Below are positions 35,110-46,861 of a stretch of 64,000 nucleotides of DNA, in pieces. The stretch spans positions 434,001 through 498,000 of the forward strand of contig JBLDXI010000003.1 in assembly GCA_047495785.1 (NCBI GenBank), in the 5' to 3' direction. The translations under genes and the position numbers were made by a program. How positions within the stretch are numbered: the first letter of the stretch is position 1; each line of letters starts with the position of its first letter. The notes under the pieces were generated by a model. That model was given only the letters and a program-made list of their open reading frames with translations, was not told the origin of the DNA and did no database searches. This DNA is from Lepidodermella squamata (taxonomy: Eukaryota > Animalia > Gastrotricha).

Positions 35110-36912
35110 TTATCGACCGAATAGATTGCTGAAAAAATTGGTAACAGCCGGAGGCAAAGCTGGAAGAGGCGGGAGGGCTGGAACTGCAGGAATAGCAGGA
35201 AGTGGAGGCAAAACCGGCGCGGGCTGAATTGGGCCAGGGCCTGGTTGAGGCGGCGGTGGTCTCGGCGTTGTAGGTGGATCTCTGGGCGGCAGTCTCTCGC
35301 AATCAAGTCGAGGATAGTTGGCCGGCAGTTTCGAGGCTCCGAAGTTTGCAGTGTAACCGTAGGCCGCCTTCAACATTTTATCAACCTTTTCAGGCTTAGT
35401 CATCATGAAAAGCCCGATTGGAAGACCCTGCGGAGCATCAGCAGTAGGATCGCTGAAACCAAGCGGCACAGTTATCGACGGATATCCAGTCCACGAGGCT
35501 AACAGGACTAAATTAATAGGTGCTGTAGTCGCGGATCCCCAGTCTTTGTTCGCAGCATCCGAGCCCATCTTAGCAGGGAAGCTGGGAACTGTCGGCCAAA
35601 TGATTATATCGGCATCGCCCAACAGCGGATTTATCGCGTTCGTGATCAGCGAGGCAACTTGGTCGTTGTAGGCCTTGGTTTCTTTATCGCACTGGCCAGC
35701 GACCTTTCCTGCGTCGGAGACGCTTTGCCAGTTCGTCTGGTAATAGCTCGGTAGTTTTTTCGATTGCAGAACTTGATCAACAGTTTGGAACGAGCTGGAA
35801 TTAAAGCGCGCGGTGTCACCCAGGTAGGCATTTCTCCAAGCAGCGATGCAACTGGTTGTTCCAGTTTGGAGTAGGGTGAAGATCGGAGCTGCAGCTGAAT
35901 TGAAGTCGATGGTTTGATTTTTCACCACCGCCCCAGCTGAAGCCATGTTCTGAGTTGCTTCGGTGAACAGGGCCTGAATCTTCGGGTCGACTGAATAGGT
36001 TCCCAAGCCAGGTAGCGGGAATGAAACGTAGGTAAACATGTTGAAAATGTTGATTTTCACTGAATCGAGGCCATTACGGCTGGAATCCACCCCGTAGAAC
36101 ATACCAGGTTTCCCAAGCATGCCATCAAGAATCAACAACGCATCGTCAATATTGCGCGCAATCGGCCCAGTTACGTCTTGCAACAGACTGTTGGGCATAA
36201 CCCCATCCTGTCCCTTGACAGACTTGAGCAGGTTGAGAGGCGGACGGATTCCGACCAAATTGCCTGTTGAAGAAGGCAGATTGATTGAAACCCCAGTTTC
36301 AGTCCCGATTCCACCAACCGCCAGCATGGCATTAGCCGCAGCTGAGTTGCCGCCACTTGATCCGTAGGTGGTGTACTCCCTGGCGTAGGGATTTCGGATT
36401 TGGCCACCAGTTTCAGAATTTCCCCACGCCTCTTTATCAGCCATTGGTGACATGTTGGCCTTGGCAATGAAAATTGCACCCTGATCCTTGCAATTCTTCA
36501 CTACAGTCGCGTCCTTATTCGGAAATTGATTTTTGAACGCCGATAGACCATTTGTCGTAGCCATACCAACAACGTCAATGTTGTCCTTGGCAACCAGGGG
36601 AGCGCAGTGGAGGGGGCCTTTCAACTTTCCAGTCGTCGTGAAGTACGAGTCGAGAGCTAGCGCTTCGGCGATGGCGGCATTTGCATTGGTCGCAACAATA
36701 GCACCAGTGTCGTTTTGATAGCCATATCTATCGATGCGTTGCAGGTACCCAGCAATAATGCCGGCGCAGGTTACATATCGCTGCTTGATCGCGGCTTGAA
36801 TGTCGGAGATCTTCGCAATCGTGTAGTCGAAATTAGCTGCGGGAGGAATAGGAGGCGCTTGCTGGCTGGATAGACCAGCTAGAAAACCGATGAAAATCAA
36901 GGCTCGCAACAT
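35110..36912 (-). CDS. Secreted amidase-signature family enzyme with Pro-rich tail, copy B (intronless)
   Basis: Near-identical catalytic domain to copy A; the homologous start MLRAL is at 36912; shared upstream block attacgcctctt...cacttagctcatccttgagtcaataa. Confidence 0.92.
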   Translation of the reverse strand: MLRALIFIGFLAGLSSQQAPPIPPAANFDYTIAKISDIQAAIKQRYVTCAGIIAGYLQRIDRYGYQNDTGAIVATNANAAIAEALALDSYFTTTGKLKGPLHCAPLVAKDNIDVVGMATTNGLSAFKNQFPNKDATVVKNCKDQGAIFIAKANMSPMADKEAWGNSETGGQIRNPYAREYTTYGSSGGNSAAANAMLAVGGIGTETGVSINLPSSTGNLVGIRPPLNLLKSVKGQDGVMPNSLLQDVTGPIARNIDDALLILDGMLGKPGMFYGVDSSRNGLDSVKINIFNMFTYVSFPLPGLGTYSVDPKIQALFTEATQNMASAGAVVKNQTIDFNSAAAPIFTLLQTGTTSCIAAWRNAYLGDTARFNSSSFQTVDQVLQSKKLPSYYQTNWQSVSDAGKVAGQCDKETKAYNDQVASLITNAINPLLGDADIIIWPTVPSFPAKMGSDAANKDWGSATTAPINLVLLASWTGYPSITVPLGFSDPTADAPQGLPIGLFMMTKPEKVDKMLKAAYGYTANFGASKLPANYPRLDCERLPPRDPPTTPRPPPPQPGPGPIQPAPVLPPLPAIPAVPALPPLPALPPAVTNFFSNLFGR

Positions 36913-37142
36913 GATATAATGTTTTGAGGAATCAGCAGGGGGCATAATGCGACCTATATATGGTATTCAGCAATTACGCCTCTTCTTACACTTAGCTCAT
37001 CCTTGAGTCAATAAGGTGGTGTCATAACCAGGGATTTTAACCACTCAATGCTCACGTGAGCAAATAAACAGACATGTTTTGTACGTACAAAATCGCTGAG
37101 TAAATAATCTTTACTTCTTACAGCCCAGTTACCGACAAGATA

Positions 37143-37766
37143 TCACTGGAATGTTAAATAGCTTCTGAGTGTTTTCGGTAAATTTTCTGCCAAACCTGTG
37201 TCAATAGACATAACGCGTGCCTCGAAGCCCGATTTTGGGCTGAGATTTTTTAAGACAATATTCCGACACATAGCCTGCAGTTTCATCGGATAACACTGCC
37301 TTAGTAAAGCGTTCAATCGTTTGTCTTTCAAATCTGAGATTAAGGCAAAGTTGAAAGCTGAATTGCTCCGAGTTGCCACTAACATGTCGGCTAATTTAGT
37401 GGTCAACCTATGCTGCTCGTCGGCCTCGTTGAATAATCTAGCCATCGTCAACTCCGTCGGCTGTTTGAGAGAGGTGAAATGACGAGTCAGGTCGGCTTGC
37501 GACATCAACTTGTAGTAGAAGCAATTTTCGAGCCCGCGACACTCGCCGGAGTTGTAGAGACTGATTTGCGATGACGATTTAGCGCAGGGTTTGAAGCCGA
37601 GCATTCGCCAGAATTCAACAGAGCTCATCGCGTGGCTTCTGAAGTCAGCTCTGATCTATGTCTGATGAAAAATCTATGTTAAGACTAGAAATGTGCCAGA
37701 AGAAATCAATAAGGACTTACTCTCAGAGAATAAGGAGGTATTGATTGAAACATTTGCGTGAAACAT
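37143..37766 (-). CDS. SOCS-box-containing protein (2 exons)
   Basis: C-terminal PMKLQAMCRNIVLKNL...LPKTLRSYL SOCS box; short upstream exon with GTAAGT donor. Confidence 0.7.
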
Positions 37767-38664
37767 GGTGTCAAATTACTTAGAATAGAAACTGCGACGT
37801 GAGCAAAATTCGTGCTCATACATCTCTATTTAAACGATTGTCATTTTTGTATCGTAATAAAGCGTATAAAATTGTGCGTAAAATTACAACTGTATGCAGT
37901 ACCCGACATGGACCGTCATGGTATTGAGATTTCATGTTTGATTTCCCAGCCCCTGTTTTTGCAGCTGGCTTTGCTAATTCCTAAGGAAGGGCCTGCTAAT
38001 TGCCACGTTGTACTAAAACGTTATTTCATAAGTAGCTGTTGTAAGTTGTAAGTAGCTTATTGGCGCCAGTGTACCCGTAAACACATAAAATATAATCTAT
38101 GCCATCCCTACATCATCCGTGAAATTTCAAGAAACTTTGATGACAACAATTCCAAATGGCACAAATGGTATTCTAGGCTTATCATAAGCTTGACGCTTGT
38201 CTGAAACCTGAAAATAGCTATCCGAATGATTTTCTCAGATTTGATTTCTAGTGATGTAAAAGAGTAACTAAACATCTCCCAAATGCATCGCCTACGCAAT
38301 TTGCCGCTATAAAAACACGGCGGCTAATTACTCGAATGATGAAATTAGGTGCAGTCCTAAGGTGCAATTTTGTTGCTGGTGTGTAAAGCGGCGAGAAAAA
38401 CACCCGTGCTGAGATAACAGTCATTATTTTCCGATGCGTTAAGCTCTCGTGCGGTTTATAAAAAGCTCCGGGCCCAGCAAACCGTGGGCGGTTCAATTGT
38501 TCAATGAATTTCAATTGTAGCCAACAACGACCGACTACCAGTTTTTTTACTAATTAAAAAAAATTGACTGCATGCCACGCTGTCAGGCGCAGCGGTGAAT
38601 ATAAACCGCGCGAAATGCAAAATCGACCGCACAGTTTCTCACATTTTCTTGAAATTTTATTATC

Positions 38665-39141
38665 ATGTCGCTTCTTAAATTTTACGCCATCGCCGCTTTG
38701 ACTGTGGTCTGCTTCGCTCACGTCACTTGTTCGTTTAATTCGCCAAGTTTTTTGTTCGATTTTTCTGTTCCGTTCTTGCGTAGATGGATTGATTTGTTGG
38801 TCTGGAACTGGCAATACACAATCGGGCTGGACCAATTGCAGTATCACGAGCGGCCACTGCACGGTAAAACTTCAATTTATATACAGCTTGCAATGTCCTA
38901 GCGATGCTTTGCTTTCCAGAAAATTGTTACCAAGACAAGCGGCGTTGAAACGTACTCTAAATCGTGCATTTCCACGTGTACAGCTTCGACAAACACGTGC
39001 GCCTCTGGCGTTTGCGTCGACGTATTTTGCTGCGATTCCGACAACTGCAACTCGGCTATCATGGGCAAAGCCCTGTCCGGCTACGTCATCGCCGCGTCGG
39101 CTCTTCTCAGCCTCGGAGCATTTGCGGCATACCGATTCTGA
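38665..39141 (+). CDS. Ly6/uPAR three-finger protein 1 (signal peptide, GPI-type tail; 3 exons)
   Basis: LICWSG...C...C|KIVT...C...C...C....C...CCDSDNCN followed by a hydrophobic C-terminus; TATA-like element upstream. Confidence 0.88.
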
Positions 39142-40939
39142 AGTTGCGACGCCTCGATGATAGCTGATTAAGTGACAAGCTTATTTTTGCGTGCAAATGT
39201 TTCAATTTGAGAAAATAAAAGTACTCATATTCAATTCATCGCTCCAATCTCTAATAGTTGAAGGCACTGGGATACTGAGATCGGGTCGATGAATTGCCAA
39301 TGTCTGCTAAGCAAAGCTTTTGATACGTGCGACCGGCGAAGAGTGGATATTGTTGATATTGACAAAAGAATGTTGCGCATTCGCCACATCGCAGTTGTCC
39401 TTTGTTCTGCATCTTTGATCGTTGAGAATCCGGGTATTATCAAAATTCTGCATTGCATTGCCAAATGACCACGTTAAAATCGTATTCGAGATCCGGAAAA
39501 TGTGTAGCTCATTGCTCAGCCGTCCGGGCGTGGGTAGAATGGTAGAATTGATGGGAAGAACCGTTTTGCTTCAATCGCACTTAACATGTTGTGGCTGGAA
39601 AGAGCGGCGAAAGAGCAACCAGCCGATAACGTTGATTATTCTTCCAGCGAACAATAGAAAGTAGGATAATTAGTTTCGGCTAATTATAGCCGTGAATTTG
39701 ACGGCCCGTAACACGCAAATTCACAAACATCTTTTAAAGCAAACCACGAAAAAAAACAACCGTGAGGAATAGCCAACGTTTCTCTTTTGCCATTCAACTC
39801 GATAACACGTATCCTCACGCGAATCAAAGAGCTGTTGAAAAAACGGCCGCATCGAAGTTGTTGTGGGGAAGTCATAGTTTCATTGTTGAAAGTTCCGGTC
39901 GCGCTAGTTTTCCAAGTGCGTAAAGACATACAGATGGCGTCAAAGAGTAAGGCAGAAAGTGTCGCCAGCATTTCATATCAGAGAAAATAGTCAGAATAAA
40001 TGGTCAATCTCGATCAAGCTCGTGGTAATCGGGATCCAGCCAGACTGTGGCGTCACCAATGGCAAAGAGGATGATGCTTTTGATTCGGGAGAACAGCATC
40101 GAACGTCAAACGGTACGATCGATGGAAAAAGTGAAAAAAGGTTCCGATATGTAACAGAAAACAGAATAGTGTAATTTCGGTGTCAGATTCTTATTATTCG
40201 GAACCGACGGAGCTGTCAACTTTTTTCGCTAATCAGGAATTCGGCTGTGTTTCTCTGGGGTCCTTTTGCGTGTAAGAAAATCAGCTGACAGCTGAAACAA
40301 AAAGAATTTACTCCTCCTAACTCCAAAAGATGAGAGATCATGAGAATATAGGCCTAAGACCCCGAAAGAGGCTTCAGATCTAATACTAACAGGTATCTAC
40401 ATCTGAATTATTTCTGGACTAGAGAAGGCTTTTAGTTAAATTTGCCTCAATTGGGGAGTCGAGAGCGCTAGGTTTGCAAAATTTTGTTGGAAAGTTCTAA
40501 TGTGTTCTAATGTGTAAAAACTTGAAATAAATCAAAGCATTCAAAGTGCTCAAGAAGCATCCGTCAAGTGAGTGCAATGCTGGCTTGACTTCTTGAGTAA
40601 GCGTATCGTAACGTGATGCAAAAAGTTAAATAAAACAGCAGGTAAATAGACGCGGGGCCACAGTGCCCCGAAAATAGCTACGGGGCCGTTGGTTGTATTG
40701 TAATAAATGCGAAGATAATTATGCTCCTTCAAAATAAGAGATGGAAGTTAGGATAATTGCTTTTTTCATATTCATAGGTAGAAATGTTGAGAAAAAACTA
40801 TAACGAGATGATATCGACGCCGCCCAACTGGAATATTCTACCTCAGGTCACCGCGGCCGCTCGCGTCCTCAGGCTATATAAAGCCGCGATTCCTATGGTC
40901 GTTTAGAAAATTCATCCAAAATTTAGAATTGTTTACAAA

Positions 40940-41409
40940 ATGGCATCCACTACTTTCGCCCTTGCCGCCGCTTTCGCTGCTGTTCTGATGGCTCCGCTTG
41001 CCAGTAAGAAGCATTAATGTATGATGCCGGCATATCAATTTATTCGATTTTCAGCCGGGCTTTTAACGTGCTACTCGGGCAGTGGCAACTCTGTAACCGA
41101 TAAATGCAACATCACCAGCGGATACTGTTCGGTAGGATTTTTATTGCTTTTCAGTAACGTTTAATGAATAATGTTCACGTTAAGAAAATCGTCACAAAAT
41201 ATGCCGGCTCTGAGTCCTACACCAAGTCCTGCCTATCGTCCTGCTCCGCCAACACCAACGTTTGTGCGCTCGGCGTTTGCGCCGATTCGTTCTGTTGCGA
41301 TTCAAACCTGTGCAATGCGGCTGCGGTCACTTATCCAGCCATCTCAAACATCTTGCTCGGGTCTGCTGCTGTGGCCATTGCTGCATTCGCTGCTGTTCTA
41401 CGCGGATAA
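40940..41409 (+). CDS. Ly6/uPAR three-finger protein 2 (3 exons)
   Basis: MASTTFALAAAF.. signal, LTCYSG, CCDSNLCN, hydrophobic tail; close paralog of protein 1. Confidence 0.9.
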
Positions 41410-41635
41410 ATAGTTCCGATTGAGTGACCGTTAGCTTAACAACGCAGTAAAAAAATCCTGTTTATTTCAGGATTCCTGTTATTAAGTAATCAGCTCTGTT
41501 TTTATCAACTATGTTAATCGTCAGTAAAAATGGCTGTTGCCGCTGCTTGTAATTTTTAGAGCTTTTTCGATTCAGTGAATTCGACATAATTCGACATTAG
41601 TGAGATATCTCTGAAATTATATGAGAAAGTCTGCA

Positions 41636-41826
41636 TATCGTTAGAATCGTTGAATTACTCAGATTCGGGCTTGCTTACATCCATTTCAAGGTGATGGGTG
41701 ACAAGTAAAAAGTCTTTTGTTTTGGCTCCTTTATTCACGTTAAAAAAGGAGCTTTTTACTATTGACGCTAAATGGATGCGAACAAGCCTAAATCCAAGTC
41801 ATTTTACATACGATTCTAACGATATA
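41636..41826. mobile_element. Hairpin MITE, family copy B
   Basis: Homologous to 32216-32411 (caaggtgatgggtgacaagtaaaaag; ends atatcgttagaatcg / cgattctaacgatat). Confidence 0.7.
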
Positions 41827-42139
41827 TCGTATCGAGGCGGATATGCAACGAACAGAGCAGTTGTGACATAGGCAATCAGCAATACAAAGTTCAACATTAT
41901 CTAGCTGCTTGTCGATACATTAAGAACTATGATATACGAACACGCAGCAGAAATCGTAACGAAAAGACGAACATCGTGACGTGGCAAGCAAGCGGTCTCG
42001 AAATAGTAACGTCGAGGTGACCGAGTGTTATGCAAAAAAATAATGCTCAACGCTAATTAGACAGCAAGTAAAAATACAATGTGGCCGGTTGCTTCTTAGA
42101 ATAACGCGGCGATATTTTTGCTGACGTGAACAATACAAA

Positions 42140-42585
42140 AAAGTAGGATAATTGCATTTTAATAGTTGAATAATATCAGAATATTGGAAGCAAAAATAAT
42201 TTCGGGTAATTACGAGGGAAGCCGCCCGAGCTGAAAAAATAACACATTAGTTCATCGCGGGCGTCGAGAAGTGCTATAAAGCCATGATTTCAACAGCCGA
42301 AGAACATTTCAAGCAAGCTCGGGTAGCGGTAATTCAGCAACCGCACAATGCAGCATCACGGCTAAATGCAAATACAAAATGCAAGCTATTCTTGCTTGCA
42401 TTTTTAATTTTTCATAAAAAAAAATGCACAACTAAATACTGTAAATACCGTAAAGGAGGTGCCCCCTGGGCTTGTATTTGGGCATTTTCGCCTTGTGTTT
42501 AGAAAATTGTCACAAAATCGCAGTCTTACGCGGCGAGTCTTACACCAAGCCCTGCCTTTCCTCCTGCACGGTCACCACCAATAGA
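42140..42585 (+). pseudogene. Truncated, frameshifted Ly6 duplicate
   Basis: Promoter block (taggataattgc ... gctataaagcc) matches that of Ly6 gene 2; exon remnant KIVTK../ESYTKPCLSSCT has a frameshift and lacks CCxxxxCN. Confidence 0.65.
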
Positions 42586-43019
42586 GCACTCGTGCCATTA
42601 TTAAGAATTTTCAAGTCTCAGAAACGCGTCAACATCGGCCATTTTCAACTAGCTGTGAACGCCCCGGGATCCTCTCACAATCGTTGAAATCAACGCTGAG
42701 CAAGCTTTGATTGTTGGCTGTTCAGATTAAATGAAAAATGTAACTCAGATATTTCTATTTTATTTACTTTTTACGCTCCAGAACTATTCCGCAAGACTTC
42801 TGAATTACTAATAATTTAATATCTAAACTTTTGGAGCACACTGCTACAGGCTACAGGCTAACACGAACAATTAAATGAAATAAATATAGGTACGAAACAT
42901 CGAGTTGTTGTCGCAATTCTCCGAAAATACCAAGTGCTTATAATACCGAGTATTGTGACAAGAGCTAGGTAGGCAAGCATGTTCCACGTAGCGACAAGCT
43001 CATTACATAATGCTGCTGT

Positions 43020-43694
43020 ATGATGACGGGATTCTTGTTCGTCGCCTCCATACTTTCAGCCTTATTTGTGGCTGCCCGTAAGTGGCAAGAAGGTTTTCAT
43101 AGAAACTAGAAGATGATTGTTTACTCTAGAGATGATCAATTGTTACTACGGTTTTGGTGAGGTTGGTTCGCCATGGACGATTTGTACGACAAACAGCACT
43201 TGCGTGGTGAGATGCAGCTTTTAAAAAACATGTAACAACAGCCTACTCGAAAACAAGGCTTTGACATTTGAGTATTTCATGCAATGATTTGAGCTGGGAA
43301 ATTTATCCAAAAATGAAATATTATCAAACATTTCGAGAAAACTTTATTAGGTATTCGATTCAAAATTTTATTATTTTATTATTTCGTTATTTGATTTGTA
43401 CTATCATTTCAGAATTTAGTATTTAGCTGAAGACCCTGTCTAATTTACTCGTTTAATATTCACTAGAAATATACACTTACACGTTTCTTCACGGAGAACT
43501 TCAGTCGAGGCTGCGTTGACGCATGCTACAACTACAAGAGCAAGTGCTACAACGGCTACTGCATCAGTGCGACGTGTTGTGCCACCGATCTTTGCAACGA
43601 AAGCCCGGATTTATGGCGATTTCAACGACCCAGCACCTTATCAACTCTCATCATATGCGTTGTTCTCATACAACTTATAAATGAAATGTTCTGA
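43020..43694 (+). CDS. Ly6/uPAR three-finger protein 3 (3 exons; absent from ORF track)
   Basis: MMTGFLFVASILSALFVAA|QMINCYYGFGEVGSPWTICTTNSTCV|KYTL..RGCVDACYNYKSKCYNGYCISATCCATDLCN followed by a hydrophobic tail. Confidence 0.85.
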
Positions 43695-44240
43695 ATAATG
43701 GGAATAACAACTAATTATTTCGAAAATTTGCAGTGTTTCAAATTCAATACGTTAGAAAAACGGAAATAACAGTAAAAACGTATGATACAAATTGCGCTAA
43801 GTGTCGCTTTTTCCTTCAGCCAGTCCAGACGAAAAATAAACCTTCGGAATGGTGGAAAGCGAAAGCCATAATTTTTGAACTCCCTCAGAGAAACATGTTT
43901 ACATTTTATTTACGCATTGGAGTTTACGAGATGTTGTATGCCAAAAGCCCGAGATTCAGACGTCAAGCCTTATCCTTTGCCCTGAAAAAGATTAATTGAG
44001 CATGTGGGTGGATGATTATACAAGATGTGAGACATTGGCCACTATTCATGCTCATTGAGGTTTACTAATTAACAAATTCCTCTCCTAATTATTTCCATTC
44101 CAACTCCTCTGCTTTTTACAGTAATTTGCGGCTATTACGTCGGTTTATTACTCAGAGGTGCTAATATAACATATGGTCACTTTTATCACAGTGGCATATG
44201 TTTCCAGTGAGAAAAACAAATAAATAGCCTAAAATTCATC

Positions 44241-44966
44241 ATGACCAAACAACGAATGCGAAAAAACTTTATTCGCATTACGCACAAAATGAGCGATTCG
44301 TACCGAAGATTTTGCGAGGCCTGTTGGCTCGGCGAGCTGAACTACGTCACTGAAAACATTTCGACAACCGAATCCATCAACCAGCTTCACGAGCCGAAAG
44401 GCTACGCGCCACTGCACCTCGCTAGTTTCAACGGCCATTTCGAGGTCGCGAAGATTTTGCTAGAGAACAAGGCTGAGGTGGATCTGGTTAGCAAGCATGG
44501 CGAGACGAGTTTGATGGTCGCGAGTTCACGGGGCCATTTTAAAATCGCGAGGATACTGCTAGAATCCGGAGCCAATGTCCACGCAAAAAATTCTTCGGAG
44601 GTCAAAGAATTCAGGGGCTCTACGGCCCTTCACTATGCTGCTAGAAGTGGCCGGCCCGATGTAGCTCGACTACTGATCCAACACGGGGCGAATGTTCACG
44701 ATGTTAATGAAAACGCGAAAACGCCTCTCATCGAGGCTGCTAGGAGTGGCCACTTGGAAATGTGCCGCATGTTGGTGTTAGACTACGGCGCTGCGTCGGA
44801 TTTGTCGCTATCTGCGAGAGCTAGCCAGGCGCTGCATGAGGCTGCGATTTCAGGCCACGATGCTATAGTCAAGTTTCTGATCGAGCATAGCAACAACAAG
44901 AATGCAGCGAATTCGGAAGAAGCGAGTGAAAGAACCGAGTTTATGATGGCCTTTCTGTTTCTCTGA
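44241..44966 (+). CDS. Ankyrin repeat protein
   Basis: 5-6 repeats of G.TPLH.A...GH.....LL..GA.V. Confidence 0.9.
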   Translation: MTKQRMRKNFIRITHKMSDSYRRFCEACWLGELNYVTENISTTESINQLHEPKGYAPLHLASFNGHFEVAKILLENKAEVDLVSKHGETSLMVASSRGHFKIARILLESGANVHAKNSSEVKEFRGSTALHYAARSGRPDVARLLIQHGANVHDVNENAKTPLIEAARSGHLEMCRMLVLDYGAASDLSLSARASQALHEAAISGHDAIVKFLIEHSNNKNAANSEEASERTEFMMAFLFL

Positions 44967-45915
44967 AGCTCCTTGAAGCATGTCACATTTTTTGCCTCAA
45001 CCTCAAGCCTCATTTCTGTTGTTTTTGTGCGTTTGGATTTGTCTAGCCGTTACATCTCTTACTTATTTCGACTAAAATGAAACCCTACCCAGAAGGATAT
45101 CAGTTCGCAAATTTCAGAGATCAATAGATCTTTTGCATATCTTAAGGACCATTTGAGACGTGGCAAGCGATTTCGGCCCTATCTCTATCTTGCAGTCTAT
45201 CTTTGAAATTTGGCTGCTGTGGAATAATGATTATGCTTCAGTTGTTACCCCTTCAAACGCCTGTGAAGATAGAGATAGGGCCGAAATGCTAGCCCTATCT
45301 CTATCTCGTTTGTCTTGCATATTTTTGGTGGACGTTAAGCTGGTCTAATTTCTGTTCTCAATTTTCTATTCTCAGCTTAATGCTTAACTCTTCAATATAC
45401 GTACGTAAAATTTGGAGAGTTTTGATCAAGCTGATATCATATGGCTACAAGTCTAAGAGCTCTAATATTTGCGTCTCATAGATACTGCGAAATTCTTCTT
45501 ATATGCGATCTAGCAGTCAGCTTATGGTTTTTCACGGTTCCTTTCAGTTCATCGGCAGCTCATCGCGGTAAATCATATGAACCGTAAATCAGGATTCCGT
45601 AGGATTCATTGCAACGTGTTGCATTGCATAACCTTTTTTGCTTCTAGTCCATATGTCTAGCCCTTGTCCTTTCTCAGGTACATTTGAAAAGGCATTGTTT
45701 CTTCTACATATTTATTATCTTATCGCATACCAAATAAGGCGGGGGCGTATACTGTGGCTTGATTTTGATATAAGCCAATTCATCACCATAATCTTTCCCT
45801 TAATCATGATTGTCGCTTATATATAAGACCCTGCACCGAGCCTCATTGTATCAAATACAAAGCAGACGAAGTCTTTTCTTTTTCTTTGCAACACTACCTT
45901 TCGTGACCTTTTACC

Positions 45916-46307
45916 ATGTGTAAGTTGCCTTTTTTGTCTTATCGCCTTTGAAATAATATATTTTTGTGACTATAGCTCACCAATACCCCCCTGGCTATGT
46001 TGTTCAACCCGGCTATGTTGTCCAGCCCTCTCATCCTAATGTTGTAGTCGTGCCTCAGCCTGCTGTCGTCCATACCAGCCCGACCGTAGTCCACACGCAT
46101 CCACCAACCGTGGTTCACACCCAGCCGACAGTCGTAGTAGCCCCGGCTACGACGCACCACGTCCACCACCACCCGACTGCCGGCGCCGTAGCCGCCGGAG
46201 TTGCTGTAGCCGCAACGGCTCATGCTGTAGGCCACGCGGTCGGCCATGCCTTGGGAGGACATCACCATCACCACCACGGTCATGGACGCTTCGGTCATCG
46301 CCATTGA
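45916..46307 (+). CDS. Small His/Pro/Val-rich protein (4-nt first coding exon)
   Basis: ATGT|GTAAGT...TAG|CT gives MSHQYPPGYVVQPGYVVQP...HHHHHHGHGRFGHRH; TATA upstream, AATAAA downstream. Confidence 0.75.
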
Positions 46308-46861
46308 AGAACTTCCTAAATCTTACGTTACAGCCTAAATTTTGCTTAAATTCAATACCGGTGCTCTGAAGTGAATTAGCGAGCTTGCTGTAATGAATTA
46401 TTCTATTTTTTCAAGCAATAAAAATGTCGAGAAAAAGCAACAGGGGTTGAGATTTTCTAAAATTGAGTTTGCCAGTTTCTCATTCAGTTAACCAAATGAA
46501 AAAGGGCCATTTGAGGTATCTCAGCTTTCAGCAAATCTTCCAAAGGCGGAGCCACGCTTGAAGAAAATGCATGTTACATCGCCGATGAGGTCAATTTTTC
46601 ATGTTTCCAAGTAATTGTAACAATACCTATGACAATTGCTATTTAATAATTGAATTACCAGTGAATTAAACGCGGCTCAGCATCGCTAAATGCCCCTGGC
46701 ATGTGTGGTTGTAGCAAGCTATGACGTAAATACATTGCCTGAAGTGCGTCAAGCCTCATAGCGTAAACATGAATTAAAAAAAAACAATTTTGTCACACCA
46801 ATTATGGGTGCATGCTATTTTAGTGACTGTGACTGTTACTTAAAGTTGTTTCCTGCTAATT

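Noticed and set aside
39231-40174. Overlapping short ORFs between Ly6 genes 1 and 2
   Set aside because: No coherent frame, domain or splice pattern.
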